Shown here: positions 25,476 to 40,002 of the stretch, one piece after another
Numbering within the stretch: the first letter of the stretch is position 1
Layout of the letters: each line of letters opens with the position of its first letter
Assembly: GCA_951406725.2 (NCBI GenBank)
Contig: OX597838.1
Coordinates: forward strand, 6,076,001-6,140,000
Source of the DNA: Octopus vulgaris
Lineage: Eukaryota
Reading direction: 5' to 3'
DNA length: 64,000 bases
Made by a program: the position numbers and the translations under genes
The notes under the pieces: generated by a model
What the model saw: the letters and a program-made list of their open reading frames with translations, nothing else
What the model was told of the DNA's origin: nothing
Databases searched by the model: none

Positions 25476-27344
25476 TACCAAAATCCCTATTTATCTTTAT
25501 TTCATCCTTGCGATTTGATTACCTGCCGAACCCGTTTTTGTAACATTTCTACAGAATGCAATCTATATAACTCTAGTTGACAGTTAAACCAATATTATAT
25601 TTCTTACATATAACTACTAAAATCTAAATATACATTAAAAAATAAAGAAAAATAAAGTTTGTATTTTATGTAACTTGGTGAAGCCAAGGAACAGAAGCTT
25701 GTGACATAGATATATTATGCTATGAAATATACGTTTGGGTGTGTGTGATATATATGTGTATGTATGTACATATGTGTGTATGTTTCTGTATATTACAAAA
25801 AACAGAGCATCTCTCTCTTATGCTACTTTTTTTTTATTTCTGCAACTCTTTGTCTCACCTCCTCAGAAGTCTGTGCATATAACTCGTTTTGACAGGCAAA
25901 ATTATATTAAAATTTCTACCAACAATTTAGATTACGTATTTCTTAAATTTATATTGATTTTTAACAAAAAATGTTGGAATAAAGTAAATTTGCTTTTAAG
26001 TCTTATTAACAAAACAATCTCGTTTATTTCGCTTCTAGACGAATAAAAGAAGTTTTGCTAAAAATAAATTTCTATATGTGACATACCTTCATAGGAGATT
26101 TTCACGTATTGCAAAATTTACAATCATGTAATATTGAGTATCTCCAAAAGTGCCATGTCATTTAATTATAAAAGCCTCGCCAACACTAACAGTTCTTTAG
26201 AAAAAGATATAACTTCATAGTATAACAAATTTTTTTGACATAGATGTGACGTCAAAACTTCGAAAAAATATATACATACAACAAGCAATATATTGTTTTA
26301 TATTTTGCTTAGCTTTTAATACATTTAATAATTTAATTCAAAAACTATTTGGCTTTATAAATTTGTTTTAAAACTTGGAATATATTTTAGCTTAAATTCG
26401 TTTGGAATCTAAATGAATGTCTCGTCTTCTTGTGTTCCGTTTTCCATCTGAACATGTTTTATAGCAATTATTTCACTCTCTCTCTCTCTCTCTCGCTCTC
26501 TCCCTAAATCTCCCGTATATACACATGAATGTACACACACACACACACAAATGTGTGCGTTCAAACAGAAGTACACTACCGGAGACGCGCGTACACAAAC
26601 ACACACATGTTATATGTTCATCTATCTTGCAATCTATTTAACATCATCACTACGGCCTTTTGCTTTACCCTACTCTCTTCTTACTTACAACGCAAGTTTT
26701 AAGAGCCCTCCATAGTCGAGTTTTCTTTTCCTGAACTTCCTATCTATATACTCCTTCAAGTATTTGATCCTGTATACATATCGAGTAACTACAGACGTCA
26801 TAATCTAATTAGATACCTGTTCACTGCATGTACACAATTTTGTTCAGTTATACCCTGTGCCGTGACCGAGTGAGGACAAATGAGACATGAAATCGGAAGA
26901 CACATAGCACACAGACTTCACACACACAATAATTGTGCCCAAATGACGAACTACTCCAGCACACAAGTACAAGAACACCATACCCAAGGCAAAAACAATA
27001 ATGCAAAGAAACAGAGTACACGGTAATTTGCCCGAAAGTCAAATCGAAGGGTGACAAACATCCAAAGGGTGCAAGCCAAGAGGAACGTCCCCTGATTTAT
27101 TCATTCATTGTTTTCTTCAAGTGAATTCACGAGAATCTCCGCGTACTGAACGAGGCTGTGTTTTTTCCAAAACGGGAGGCGAACACGTGTTCACGTATTT
27201 GGCATAAAACAAATTTGAAGACACTAGGGCATTCCCCTACATTTTTTACCATGAAAGCGATGGTAAACTTAATTTACAAATAAAGAAATTATAACCACCA
27301 ATGCGGTATTGAGCACACTTTTTCATCGTTCGATATTTGCGTGT

Positions 27345-27387
<43 letters not shown>

Positions 27388-28498
27388 CGCACACACATCA
27401 TAAAAACCTATGTGAACTTCAGATTCTGTTGGTCTGGTTTTATCAGTATATATAGCATCTTGTCTATACAGAAATAATTTAATATCGTTTCTAATTTATC
27501 GCTTAAGAAAATCTGATTACATTAGGTTAATTGATCTTACGTATCACTTGGATTTGAAACCGATACATACATTCATATTCGCATAGATGTATCTATGGAA
27601 GGCTACTGGAATTATGTATGCATAGTAGAGCATAAGTATGTTTGTAGATGTATATATGTGTTTCACCAACAAAGATATAACGATATATTAAATTATACTT
27701 TAGTGTATCTCTAGTTGAAAAACTAATCGAATCATAGATGTGTCATCATCATCATCATCATCGTCATCCTTATCTTCATCTCCATATTTATCATCGTAAC
27801 CAATATAAACAGCATCAATCGTCAAACTAATCTTCGGTGTATAGAAACTGTGTTGGAATTTGAAGCTTTCGTATAAAAAAGAATTATAAAATGAGAAATG
27901 AGGATATAGTTTACTTTAATCAAAAGCGAAAGGTGTAGGCCAACTGTTCTAATTTGCAACTAAGTGACTTTGCGTTATGTCAGACGTTCGACAACATTCG
28001 ATTTCTGCCATATCGATTTCAGAATTCTGTCTGCAAAATCGGGAATCCTGTCAAAGAATCTACATACTTTTCTCAGCATAGAGATTGTATCAATCGTCCA
28101 CGATACGCATACGTTCTTGTACATCAGCGACTTTAGCGATGTACTTCAACATGTTAATTTGAATGTACAATGTATTTCGATGCAATATTTGGATACAAAA
28201 TATGCGTGAGAGTGTGTGTGTGTGTATTAATGTGAGTTCTGTGGAACATATTATCCAGGCGGGTATCGTGGTAGATCTCAGTTATGTTTCAGATAACAGC
28301 TAACCACATCGATTAGTAGTTAACGTCTATGTTGTATGACATATTGTACAATACAAGGAAATAAATTTCAAGCATGTACTAGTCTCCATCATATTCTCTA
28401 TCGTAATAATTACGTGCCCCTGAACTTGTATGTGTATATATTTACGTGTGTGGGTCTGTGTATGTACATGTATGTATATTTGTATTATATATATATAT

Positions 28499-28606
28499 TA
28501 CAGTGACCGACCAGGCTATCAGATGTTGCTACACATCGCTGGTCACAATGAGCTTCGCATTGTTTTAGCCTTCAAATGACGCCACCCCGCTGGCTAAGCG
28601 AGCAGG

Positions 28607-28607
<1 letters not shown>
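28499..28607 (-). mobile_element. 5'-truncated SINE C RTE-like tail inserted in (TA)n
   Basis: Reverse complement gcctgctcgcttagccagcggggtggcgtcatttgaaggctaaaac...gtgaccagcgatgtgtagcaacatctgatagcctggtcggtcac matches 8884-8993. Confidence 0.85.
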
Positions 28608-28654
<47 letters not shown>

Positions 28655-29340
28655 ATTTCCACGCGTTTAATAAAAAAATATTTTCTCACCAATTCTTCAA
28701 AGTTTTCTAATTCCATGTCATATGCTTACACGAGTTAGAATTTTTCAAATAAGACAAGTGGACCCCGATATTATCTCAATATCTCAATGCTAATTGCGAG
28801 AAAGGGTCATGTTTCATTGAAACCATTACAACATGATTGATCGTATTCTTGTGAAGTATAACGTTACGGCTTATGTCATAAACCAGGGACGGTGCTCATG
28901 CATATTTATGTGTGTCTGTGTGTTTGTTACTCTGATATATAAGTGCACATACACGCATACACATGCACGCACACCCACACACATACACATAAATATATAC
29001 ACACCAACATATATGTGACATATATATAAACATGGAACTTAAATGAGTTTGACCTTTTGCGTGCTTCTTCGAAGCTAGTGGATGAAAGCTGTGTTTAATT
29101 CATGTGGAATTCAATACATTTGCATAAACCAAGATTTCAAATGATATTCATCCCATCGACAGGCACAGGAACACGTGCAGCAATTTGTTACTTATAAAAT
29201 TCCAAATAAATAGATGATACTCCTATTAAAATTATTAAGAGCAGTTGTAGCATATCGCCGGTGTTATATTTCTTGTTCTGTTTATATATCTGTTGATATA
29301 TCTATCGCTACGATACATATTTGTATACATACATATATAT

Positions 29341-29377
<37 letters not shown>

Positions 29378-29379
<2 letters not shown>

Positions 29380-29566
29380 ACCTCGTGTGTACCGTTGGCG
29401 ATTTTTTTCCTCTGTCTTCCCTTCTCTGGAAATTTCCTTCTATGTTTCCGACGAAGAGCTCCGGTCGAAACGTTAAACTCTCCTTCTTTCCTGAGCGTCC
29501 AATAATACTATACTTGTTCCACGTCCTCGCGTTGTTGTGTTTTTTTGTGCTTTCTTGTTTGGATTA

Positions 29567-29570
<4 letters not shown>
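29378..29570 (+). mobile_element. TA-flanked hammerhead-bearing short element (Penelope pLTR-like)
   Basis: Pyrimidine-rich unit bounded by (TA)n on both sides; shares gagc..tcgaaacgt and ttcctgagcgt...aatac with the 40003 element. Confidence 0.7.
29444..29478 (+). ncRNA. Minimal hammerhead-like fold (U4C core variant)
   Basis: gttt / CCGACGA / A / gagc-tcc-ggtc / GAAA / CG / TT / aaac; one stem II mismatch; self-complementary AACGTT at stem III. Confidence 0.55.
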
Positions 29571-29609
<39 letters not shown>

Positions 29610-29687
29610 ATAAGATCGATATTTAAAATACCGATCTTACCAGGTGGGCAGAATTGGAATAAAAACATTTCAAAGGTAACAATTATT

Positions 29688-29870
29688 TAAAATTATAAGT
29701 TAGGGTATGTCAGAGATACATCCACGCTGGAAATAGCAGTCAAACCTTGACTCTAAAACTACTTGAAATGTTCATACAGCACCAGGAGCAGTATGAACAT
29801 TTAAGAGTCAGTTATTGACTGCTATTTCCAGCGTGGAGGTATCTCTTAGATACCCTAAATTATAATTTTA
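29688..29870. repeat. Long fold-back palindrome (~83-93 bp arms)
   Basis: taaaattataagttagggtat...gctggaaatagcagtcaa...aaatgttcatac versus gtatgaacattt...ttgactgctatttccagc...ataccctaaattataatttta; small extra hairpin at ~29608-29641. Confidence 0.9.
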
Positions 29871-32109
29871 TATATCAGAACACATTTCGCACGGTTTATT
29901 TTTACGTTCTATGCGGGGCAGGGGGTGTTGTTGGTTATCTTTCGTGCAACTCAACGTTTGCTAAGTCGAATCCACGATAATGACAAATCTTTTATACTGA
30001 TGACAGTGCTTTCGAAGGAGAGGAGAAAAAAAGACAACTGAATTAAATCTTACTATCTTCTAACCAGCCAGCTACATTTAGATCCTAATCGTGGACATAT
30101 ATTTCTTGAAGATCTCCGTAGAACTGTCAACAGAGTGGCATATTTTATGTGGATACGATGTACTCTTTATCGCGATGATCCTGACCGCAATGAATCGAAT
30201 AACATTGCTCTTAAACTCACACACCTAATTTGACAGTAGATTCAAACAGTGTAATAATATTCGTGAAAAACACACCCTATGTATCTATGTCTTTTCTTCT
30301 TTGCTTAGAAGCACTATTTCCAAATCCGGTATCATACAGAAATGAATTTAAATCTTGGTATATGTACTTCGAATTCTGCGGAAAATTTGAATGGTTAAAT
30401 ACTACAGTTTGTAATCATAGCGTTCAGTTAATAGTTGTGTTTTTTTTTTCTTTTTATTGTATGAAGAATACTCTCTACAATGGTTTCCATCTGTTCCTAA
30501 ATTCCCTCATGAAACGACAGTTAGCACATCCCATAAATCACCTTTAATGGGGGCACCATCAATATTTCCTTTCCCACAAATCTAATGGACACTTACTGTA
30601 CTTTAGTATATACTTTTCCGGCTCAAGGAATAATATCTAACGTATTGTAAGAAAGTTATTAAGCGTCTTACATCCTTATCATGACTGAAGCCAATTTTGA
30701 AGGGCGCCTCATATTTATCATAATGTCCCCTAATTTCTAAAGTACAGTCAGATACCGATTCTGCACCTAATTTTCTACTGGAGCAATAATGAATAGATTC
30801 CTGATAAGTTTCCTCACGCAGAACACTTGTTCGTTATCCAGAATACACATTCAACGAGTCTATTCAGTTATAATTGGAGAACGGGAGAAAAATAATGCCA
30901 GTGCATTTAAATGATTCCGGCTCTTTCTTGCTAAACAACTAAGTAGATTCTTTTATCGGATGAACTGTAATGTCGTCTCCATGTCTAACGTACCCACGAT
31001 GAACCTGCCTGCTCATTAAGTGTGCTTTTTCATGTGGAATACAGAGATCAGAATTAGCTACGAAATAAAGGTATATGTAGATAGCATTCTTTTTCAGAAT
31101 AATGAAACATTATAAGTGTTCAAAGAAAAAAAGGAAGAAAGATTCTCGCGCCATCTACTAACTATATGTCGCATTAGTAGGTTTCTATGCATCAATTCTA
31201 AGATTTTCGTTTTATTTTTTTTGTCCTGCATATATACTTTTTATAGTATCCCATATAGGAAAATTCCTTTCTGCTTTGAAGCAACAGGCGTCATCTATAG
31301 ATCATAAACGTTCTTCTCTTCTAATCAACCATATAAAACTGATTTATATCCCACAGAATTATGTGCTGGGCTATTATTTGATCAATACACTTGCAACATT
31401 GATTTTGTTTTCAAATATGGGGTTAATCAATCTGTACATATACAGAGAGAAAAGGACGCATACATATGTACAAGAAATCTACCATTATGCCTATGTTCCT
31501 AATATGTATGCAAATATTCATTTCTCTCTTTCTTTTATGCTTAATCCAATTCAAGAATTCCAAGGTGCAAATATATTTCTTCTTCAACTCCATCGCTTTC
31601 TAAACGACTAATTCTATAATTATTTAGCAGACTACATTTTAACAATTTCCAATACAGAAACTCCTTCAATGCCGAATACCATATGTTCATAACAGATTCA
31701 AGTACTTTGAATAAGCCCGTTGATTTCTCATTCATATTTTGAAAAGGTGCTTAACAAGGCTTAAATCTAATTCTAGTACATTGTGTGTGATTGATTATGG
31801 ATGTAAGCCAATAAAGTGAATATGCATGGTAAAAGATTCCTTCCAACGCTACTCGCTTTACAAGATCAGAACAAATATACCTGCTATTAGAATACAAATA
31901 GACCTCCCGCATTTCTGCTTACTTTATGATAGTACAGAACAAATCGTGTGATCTGAACAAGAGAAATTGGCTCTGTAGATTATCTGGAAGTTAAATATAC
32001 TAGAAAGTATCATTTCAAACGATACAAAAGATATTTTAAATATCGGAAGAGGTGTTGCCTAAAACTATATATATGTAGTGTTTGAACTATAAAAATAAGT
32101 AGAATCATT

Positions 32110-32830
32110 GACACGCCGGATGGATTGCGAATCGGTATTTCGTTCGTCTTTAAATTGTCTTCAAAATGCTTTCATGTTGTTCGTTTTTACGTTCAATTTT
32201 CACCGAGGTCAAGTTTTACTGTTTATCCTTTCTGGGTCGATGAAATAAGTAACTTTTATGCACCCAGGTCGATGTAATATAAGAACCCACTCCCTCCAAA
32301 TTTCAGGCCTTCTACCTATTGTAGAAACGATTATTCTTATTATGGAGTTGAGCTGGCAGAATCGCTAGCATAGATGACAAAATATCTGGTGGAATTCCTT
32401 CCAGCTTTTGGTTCTGAGTTTAAATATCTCGGCGGTCGATAAACTAAGTACCAGCTGAGCACTGGGGTTGCGTTAATACGCTAGATACATCCCCCAGAAT
32501 TTCAGCCCTTGAGCCTATAACAGATAAAATTATAACTGGTACACTCATTACTTCGCTGGTCAAAATGCTTAGCGGTATTGTTTCTGGATCTACGTTCTGA
32601 GTTCAAATGCTACCGAAGTCTATTTTTGCTTCGCATCATTTTAGGGTCAATAAAATATAATATCACTTCTGCAGTGGGGTTTATTTAATCGACTGGTGTC
32701 CTCCACCAAATTTTCACGTTTTGTTCCTGTAGTAGAATCAATTTTACTTCATGCCGCCAGGGTTTGCTTTGCCTGATCGAACCCACCGTTTCGGGGTCGA
32801 TAGAATATGTACCAGTTGAGAACTAAGGCG
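32110..32830 (+). mobile_element. Head-to-tail cluster of ~4 degenerate SINE B copies
   Basis: Core gtcgat(a/g)aa.taagtacc recurs at ~32236, ~32436, ~32645 and ~32795; tails aatttcag(g/c)cctt. Confidence 0.8.
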
Positions 32831-34101
32831 GCCTCCCGACTAGAGAAGAATGAGTAGTAGTAGTAGTAGTAACAACAACGCTTGTTGTTCTAGCATCGGC
32901 AGTTGTTCTTGTTTAATGCATTTTATCTCGCAGCACTGATTTCTACGCTATGTTCACTGAGTGAGGTTCACGTCATGTGAGCCGCCGCGCTGAAAACGCG
33001 TTTGCGTGTAAATGCATATAAAGATATGCGTTCTTTGCTCTGTGTGGGAAACATCTGGATGCGTACGCAGCAATGTATACAGATCAAATCAGATTATAAA
33101 CTCACACCTATACACTCAAACACTAAACAGATGACTGTAAGCAGAATGTTGATGTACCCATAAATCCATTTTGTGTTGGTAGTTGTGTGTATAGATGCAG
33201 AGTGCATTGAAGTGAATAGAGGCATGGAGCATAGAAAGTTGTTTGTGGATTATGCTGCTTTTTGCTTTTGGATTTTTACTGTACCAATGCTTCAGTAGTT
33301 ACAAAGGAAGTTTGCCATTAATCCCAGTACGTGGATGCTATCTCATATCTATATTCTTATATGTTACGCGTGTGAGTGAGTGTGGATGTCCCTACTGTGT
33401 TAAGAGCAATATTGATCAGAAGGGCTTCATACCACGGTCTATTCTATTACCTTCATAACAATACATTAAATGATAACACACCACACAACTCGGCTATTTA
33501 GTATTATTGCTTTTCAGAATAACTGAAATGGCTGATTGATTTGGTAGAGTTAACTGCAAAATCAGTACAAACATTGTAAACAAGAATAAAAAAAAAAGGA
33601 AGGAACGTTGATGCTAGATACACTATGCTCATGAAACAAATATGTGCAAATGAAAAGGAATACTAACTAGGGAAAAATGTAGTCTGCTTAGGTGAAATAC
33701 CATTGGTTTCGTGCGGGATTCGGTTTTATTTTATGATCATAATTCACTGCTTCAAACGACATCTCGGAGCGATTAGTTTGTCAATGATATGTGTGCGAAT
33801 ATAAACACACACACACACATACAAGCACACACACATATATGTGGGCATGTATACGAATGGACAGATATGAGAATGAGAGGGAGATGCAGTGAGATAGAGG
33901 GAGAAACCATCACTGAGAGAATTTCGTTTGTCATTGAATGTATAAAAGGAGAGTGAGAGTAAGGAATGAAGAGATTGCGATGAATGGTTTTGGAAGTGTT
34001 AAATGTAGAGGGACATAGGACAGAACTGAATAATTCATTGGTATAGAAATACACACACACACATATATAAATGCAAATGCAGGTATATACACAAACTCGA
34101 A

Positions 34102-34183
<82 letters not shown>

Positions 34184-34186
<3 letters not shown>

Positions 34187-34485
34187 GCAGGAGTGGCTTT
34201 GGGGTAAGAAGCTTGCTTCCCAACCACATGTTTCCGGATTCAGGTTCTGATTGGATTTGGTGGGACGGAAAGTGAAAGAATCTCGTCGTTTATATATTTA
34301 TATATATATATATTTGTGCGTTTGTGTGTGCCTTTGTGTCTGTGTTTGTCAACCCCACCTTTGCTTGGCAATCGATATTGGTCTGTTTATATCCGCGCAA
34401 CTTCGCTGTTCAACTAAAAGAAACCGATAGAATAGTACTAGGCTTACATAGAATTAGTCGTGGGGTCAATTTCCCGACTAAAGTA
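34184..34485 (+). mobile_element. SINE family A with internal deletion
   Basis: gcgcaggagtggct...gtaagaagcttgcttcccaaccacatg; jumps to ggatttgg...gacggaaa; second half to cgactaaag. Confidence 0.85.
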
Positions 34486-34493
34486 AAACAGTA

Positions 34494-34525
<32 letters not shown>

Positions 34526-34529
34526 GTGT

Positions 34530-34566
<37 letters not shown>

Positions 34567-34624
34567 TAAAAACCAAAGGTGTGTAGATATTAGAATATTT
34601 ATATTAGAACATCTAATATAAATG

Positions 34625-34665
<41 letters not shown>

Positions 34666-35039
34666 CTGTATGTATATATATATATGTGTGTGTGTGTCCG
34701 CGGTCGCGCATGTGTACATATATGGTGACTGTTGGGTGCAGTCAGTAGTCACGCCTTTAAATGTCAGATTTTCAGTATGTAGAACCCTTCTTATGCTAGG
34801 CAGGTCTTTACATTTTGAAAGCAACAGCAGGATCGGTGACATTTATCCGAAATAACGAAGTCGTCTCGTCGAGTGACTTTATTTCTTCGATCCTGCAGGA
34901 AAATATTGTGTGTAGAATTTTATTTATTGTAGAACTTCAGTAAACTTCATATTTGATGTGTCTACAAATATCGCTATCGAGTATAATGTTTGAAAATATT
35001 ATTTTTGTATATTAGTAGGTCTGCGAAGCGTGTTTAAAA

Positions 35040-35192
35040 GGCCACGAACATACTGGAGCAACAGATCATAAAGTATTTAGTTGAACAAGTCAATTCCAGT
35101 AATATTGGCTTTCTTGCCGGAACGCTAATTTACTAGCAATTAAAGAAACCAACACCGATTGTTACTTGATGCTTACACACACACACACAGAG

Positions 35193-35227
<35 letters not shown>

Positions 35228-35375
35228 GTTACCGTCTGCCAAATCCTCTCACAAATCTTTGGCTGCACCGCAGTTTTAGTAGAAGATAGTTGCAGAAAAT
35301 GCCGTGCACTGAGACCGAAGTGGGAACTACGTCGATGGTAAGCTCGCTTCTTACCACATCGACATAACTTCACCT
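35040..35375 (-). mobile_element. SINE family A, old degenerate copy
   Basis: ctggagca, gccggaacgctaa, accaacaccgattg, (CA)n(TA)n, ccgtctgccaaatcc, gcttcttaccaca. Confidence 0.65.
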
Positions 35376-36373
35376 AGACTTATTTCCATAATTATCAATG
35401 TTTTCCACAAGAAATCTGTCTATGAAACTGTCTAAGATTATAAAGGTATATCAATGGTAAGTTTCAATTTTGCTGTCGTGAGGAATGATGTCACAGCCTA
35501 CAAAATAGTGACAATTGAAGTTTTATGTCATGGGTCACTGTCATTCCGGAATCAATGGGATGGGAGATATATATATCAACTTATAGTGTCCAATTTTCCA
35601 AAAATAATTTTTGGGGAGACCATTTATTTGAAAATTATTTTACTCATTTACTTCTCATAAAATTTCATTTTTGACCAAAAGATTCAATTGAAGCATTTTA
35701 ATGTCAAAATGAATTGTAGTTGTTTCCAGGAATTGGTTATCGTACAATATTAAAACGAAGCTTCTGTAAATATATACACGCAAAGAACCGAAACTCCTGA
35801 AACCCTCATGTTCACTGCGTATGCTACGCTCCCTCAATAACCCACACCTCCCTCCACCTCCTATAACAAATATTTCTATAGAATAAGGTTTTACAGACTA
35901 TTTGCTTAATACACACCCTTATAATAAAATTCAATTTTCATTCATCCCGAAACAATTTAATCAAATATTAATTTACAAAACTCAATTAATTTACCAATGC
36001 TCAATGCATGTTATTTGAGAAAAGAATTATTCAACTATAAATGCAAACATACCTCTAATGCTTGAATTAATTTTTAATGGGAAAGATGTGTTTCGAGAGA
36101 ATGCAGGAAACCACAAATATTAAGGGTGCAATTTTGTTAGTTGGCGACAAAATTTCTGCACTGTCCATTGTACAAAATACCTCTCTTAGCTAATACTACA
36201 GATGACCGATATTAGTGCCTATCGTATATGGAATTCTAGTCTAATAAAACGGGCTGAGTAGTTGCTTCCAATTTGGTTATATTTTTATATGTTTTTTCTT
36301 TAATCAAGTATTGTGGTATTTATTTAATAAAACAGCAGATATTTCACTTCAATTCTAAACGGAAATCTGCTCT

Positions 36374-36786
36374 GCAGGAGTGGCTGTGTGGTAAGTAGCT
36401 TGCTAACCAACCACACGGTTCCGGGTTCAGTCCCACTGCGTGGCATCTTGGGCAAGTGTCTTCTGCTATAGCCCCGGGCCGACCAATGCCTTGTGAGTGG
36501 ATTTGGTAGACGGAAACTGAAAGAAGCCTGTCGTATATATGTATATATATATATATGTATGTATGTGTGTGTTTGTGTGTCTGTGTTTGTCCCACTAGCA
36601 TTGCTTGACAACCGATGCTGGTGTGTTTACGTCCCCGTCACTTAGCGGTTCGGCAAAAGAGACCGGTAGAATAAGTACTGGGCTTACAAAGTATAAGTCC
36701 CGGGGTCGATTTGATCGACTAAAAGCAGTGCTCCAGCATGGCCGCAGTCAAATGACTGAAACAAGTAAAAGAGTAAAAGAGAGTAA
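36374..36786 (+). mobile_element. SINE family A, near full-length young copy
   Basis: gcaggagtggctgtgtggtaagtag (A box)...ggttcagtccc (B box)...gaaacaagtaaaagagtaaaagagag. Confidence 0.93.
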
Positions 36787-38742
36787 GCCTTAATGGGTAA
36801 AAGGTGCCACTTTTACACACATGCCCATATTTAATCCATTTAGTTTGTGTTTCCTTGATGGACACAAAACCAGTGACTTCCGGATACAAAAGTGACGACG
36901 TGTCTAAGCATTGCATTTGTAGTTGCACATTGAACAATATAGAAAGTTGTTAAAATTAACTCTTCGTTAAAAAAGATGTCTAAATATACATTTTTATCTC
37001 AACTTCAGTTATTCAGTAACTGACTTTTTTCACTTGTTATAAAGAGTTTTATTAATGGAAAGTAGAAAATTCAACTGTTGTGAATGCTCTAATGTTTTAT
37101 TTACAATTGGCAAACTTTGCTCACTCCAGGGGGGATATACGTATCTCTGTTATATACGCCTTGCTCTAGAGGAATAGCATGTGAAAGACAAAGCGTTATC
37201 GAGAGACTTTTGTTTCTCGAAAGCTGAAAGTATCAACTCGGCTCTCTTGAAGCGGAACAATAATTTTCTTCATGTAAGTTAAAATATGCCGGCTAGATTC
37301 AGTGTTCAAGCAGGGAACCTGAACATTAATCAATCGACTTGCAAGAAATAACAAACAAATTTCCATGAAATCGGATGTTACCGTAATAAACAGGGAATAG
37401 ATTTGAGAACACCGTTCATGCGTGGAAATCACGATTGGAGCTGTTTGAGCAGTGACGTTCTGTGATTAGACAACAGTAGGCGAAACTCCAGTTTCAGAAG
37501 TTGTGCGTAGTATAGGAAGGTTCAAAGTGGCATTTAATTCTTCTTTGCATCGCGCGCTTCTGTCTTTCTATACCTTGCATAGTATAGAAGTGTGTGTGTA
37601 TGGCTGCGTGTGTGTTAGAGATTTAGCTAAATGAATAAAACATGAACGGGAAAAGAGACCAGCGTCATCGAAACAATCTTTCATCTATAGTTAAAGAAAA
37701 TGTGTGTATATATATGTGTGTGTATATTTTTAAAATGTGCATGTATGTATGTGTGTTTTACGTCAGTAGTAGTAGTAGTTGCGGAGCCGTTGCATAGGTT
37801 CCGAGTTTTCATTACAGTAGAGTTAACTTTGCAATTCAGTTAATCGGGACCGATAAAATAAAGTATCAATCAAGTATCAATTTAGCCTTCCCCATTAAAT
37901 GTTAAGTGACTCAGTGAAGAAACGTTGCTAGAAGCCGAGATATAAGTTGAAAATCATACATAAATGATTTCCCTTTCGGCCATCCGTAAATGCACCCTGC
38001 ATTTCTAAGACATTTAACTATGTCTACAGTTGACAGATTTAATTTTAGTTAAACGAAACAGAACCTTGCTTGTGAAAATTAGATCGATGTAAGAACCAAA
38101 TTGAATTACATACCAATAGAAATTTACTGCCATTGCATCATTAGTTCAGCGAAGGGAATCACATGTAATATTAAGGCAAATTACATCACGCTCCATTTTC
38201 TATTATGGGCTGTATAATATTACCATGATTTCAGGGCTTGTAGATTGTGCGAATCGGCGAGAAGTCGGATATAATTTCTTGCGGTATTTAGTAAGAGGAT
38301 TCTTATATTCTGAATTTCAAATCTTACCATAGTAAGTCTTTCTTTCCTTCTTTTCTAGATTAAGACAATTACATTACAGATTTCTTAGATGTCAACCATG
38401 TAAAGGCTTTGATAAATTTATCAACGAATGACCCGATGAAAGTAAGGTCTCATTGGAAATGCCGAATACCTATAGTGTTCGGTAAAGTAATGTACTTATT
38501 AAATGCTGGTCTGAAAAAAAAAGAAACGCTACTACTGAATTAATGATTTGATAAAGTAGCTTTCAATTATTGTTTATCGTAGATAAACTGTAAGAATTAT
38601 GCCCGATAAACTGAAAGACCAGTAATATATTGTGTGTGATAGAAAAAATACACTGCAAGTAAAGGCTCCGATTAAATATATCATACATCAATTACTGAGG
38701 CCGTTGGAATAAAGTAACTTCGTATGAAACTATCCATAATAT

Positions 38743-38954
38743 ATTGGTTTCAAATTTTGGCACAAGGTCAGCAATTTTGCAGGAGCGAATATCAACTGCA
38801 TCGACCCCACTGCCCCACTCGTACATATTTTATCGACTACGACATGATGAAAGGCAAAGTCTAACTTGGCGTCATTTGAAATGAGAACGTAAGACGTTAC
38901 GACGCCTCAAAGCATTTTGCCTGGCGTACTAACAATTCTACAGCTCACGGCTTT
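38743..38954 (-). mobile_element. SINE family B
   Basis: ggcacaagg, tcgacccc, atgaaaggcaaagtc, gcattttgcctggcgtactaac. Confidence 0.8.
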
Positions 38955-39204
38955 GTTTTCTATAAAATACTGATATTGAAATACTATGGCCTATAAAACA
39001 TACTAAGTAACGAGGGTGATTGGAAAATGAAAGGGCCAATCAATAACTGTGATAAAGTAAAGTACCAGCTCATTACGTTGTTTGATAAAATAAAATACGA
39101 CTCATTTCCTGCGGTTGATAAAATAAACGAAAAATGAAAAGCAAGTGAAAATTATATTGACTACTCAATCCTAAATAATTGAGCGTGCGAATGTTATGAA
39201 TAAA

Positions 39205-39650
39205 TATCGGTTTTAAATATGAGAACAATGCCAGCAATTACCTGGGTGGGGGTAAATCGATTATATCAACCCCAAAGTCTGCGGCTTGCACTCAGTTGAT
39301 TGGCCCCTTAAAAATGAAACGTTAAGTCAACCTCGGCGGAACGTGATGTTAGAGTATAAAGAAGGACAAAATTTCGTTAGACATTTTACCCGGCGTGACA
39401 ACATTTCTGTCATCTCGCTTTCTTAAGCTATGGGTTAATATTATATTGATGTGAAGGCAGTTGATTTGGTGAAATCGACTGACAAAATACATTAATTGAA
39501 GCCCTTAGATGTGACAGTTCGGATTCTGAGTTCAAATTCCACTGCTATTGATTCTGGATAATCATTCGTCTGGGTTCAATAAAATTATTGCCAGTCTAAT
39601 ACTGGAATCGCATAAACCTCCTAGAACATTTCTAGACTTTGTGGCATGTG
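39205..39650. mobile_element. Two degenerate SINE B copies, divergent (39205-39422 minus, ~39453-39650 plus)
   Basis: gtcaacctcggcggaa and cattttacccggcgtg on the minus copy; ttctgagttcaaattcc and ccagtctaatactgg on the plus copy. Confidence 0.65.
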
Positions 39651-40002
39651 GACAAGTAAGGGAACACTAACGAATGTTACAGTTCGCATAGTTATTTCTT
39701 GTAAGCATGTTTAAAATATATACAGTAGTAGTGGTATGATCAGCTGCATTAGTAGTAGTAGTAGTAATGGGAGGAGGAGGAGGAGTAACAAACCCTTTTT
39801 AAAGGTCATATGTGGACTGTTTTGTGTGGTAGTCAGAAAGAGTGCCCCCACCGTTCATGTTTTCTTATTCCAGCAGCTAAAGTGCCCTCACATTACACCC
39901 AACTGTTTTAAAAATCAGAAACGACGGACATTTTGGTTGATGTACTCATATATGCGTTATGAATGAAAAGAAAATAAGCTCCATTACTTGAACGATATTA
40001 AC

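Noticed and set aside
30540-31040. Possible decayed LINE endonuclease on the minus strand (FIVGTLDMET)
   Set aside because: Only one weak motif; no supporting downstream motifs
33695-33770. Minus-strand GAAA-ccaatgg-TA with gtg/cac stem, and a similar case at 54788-54840
   Set aside because: 5' core and stem I too degenerate to call a hammerhead
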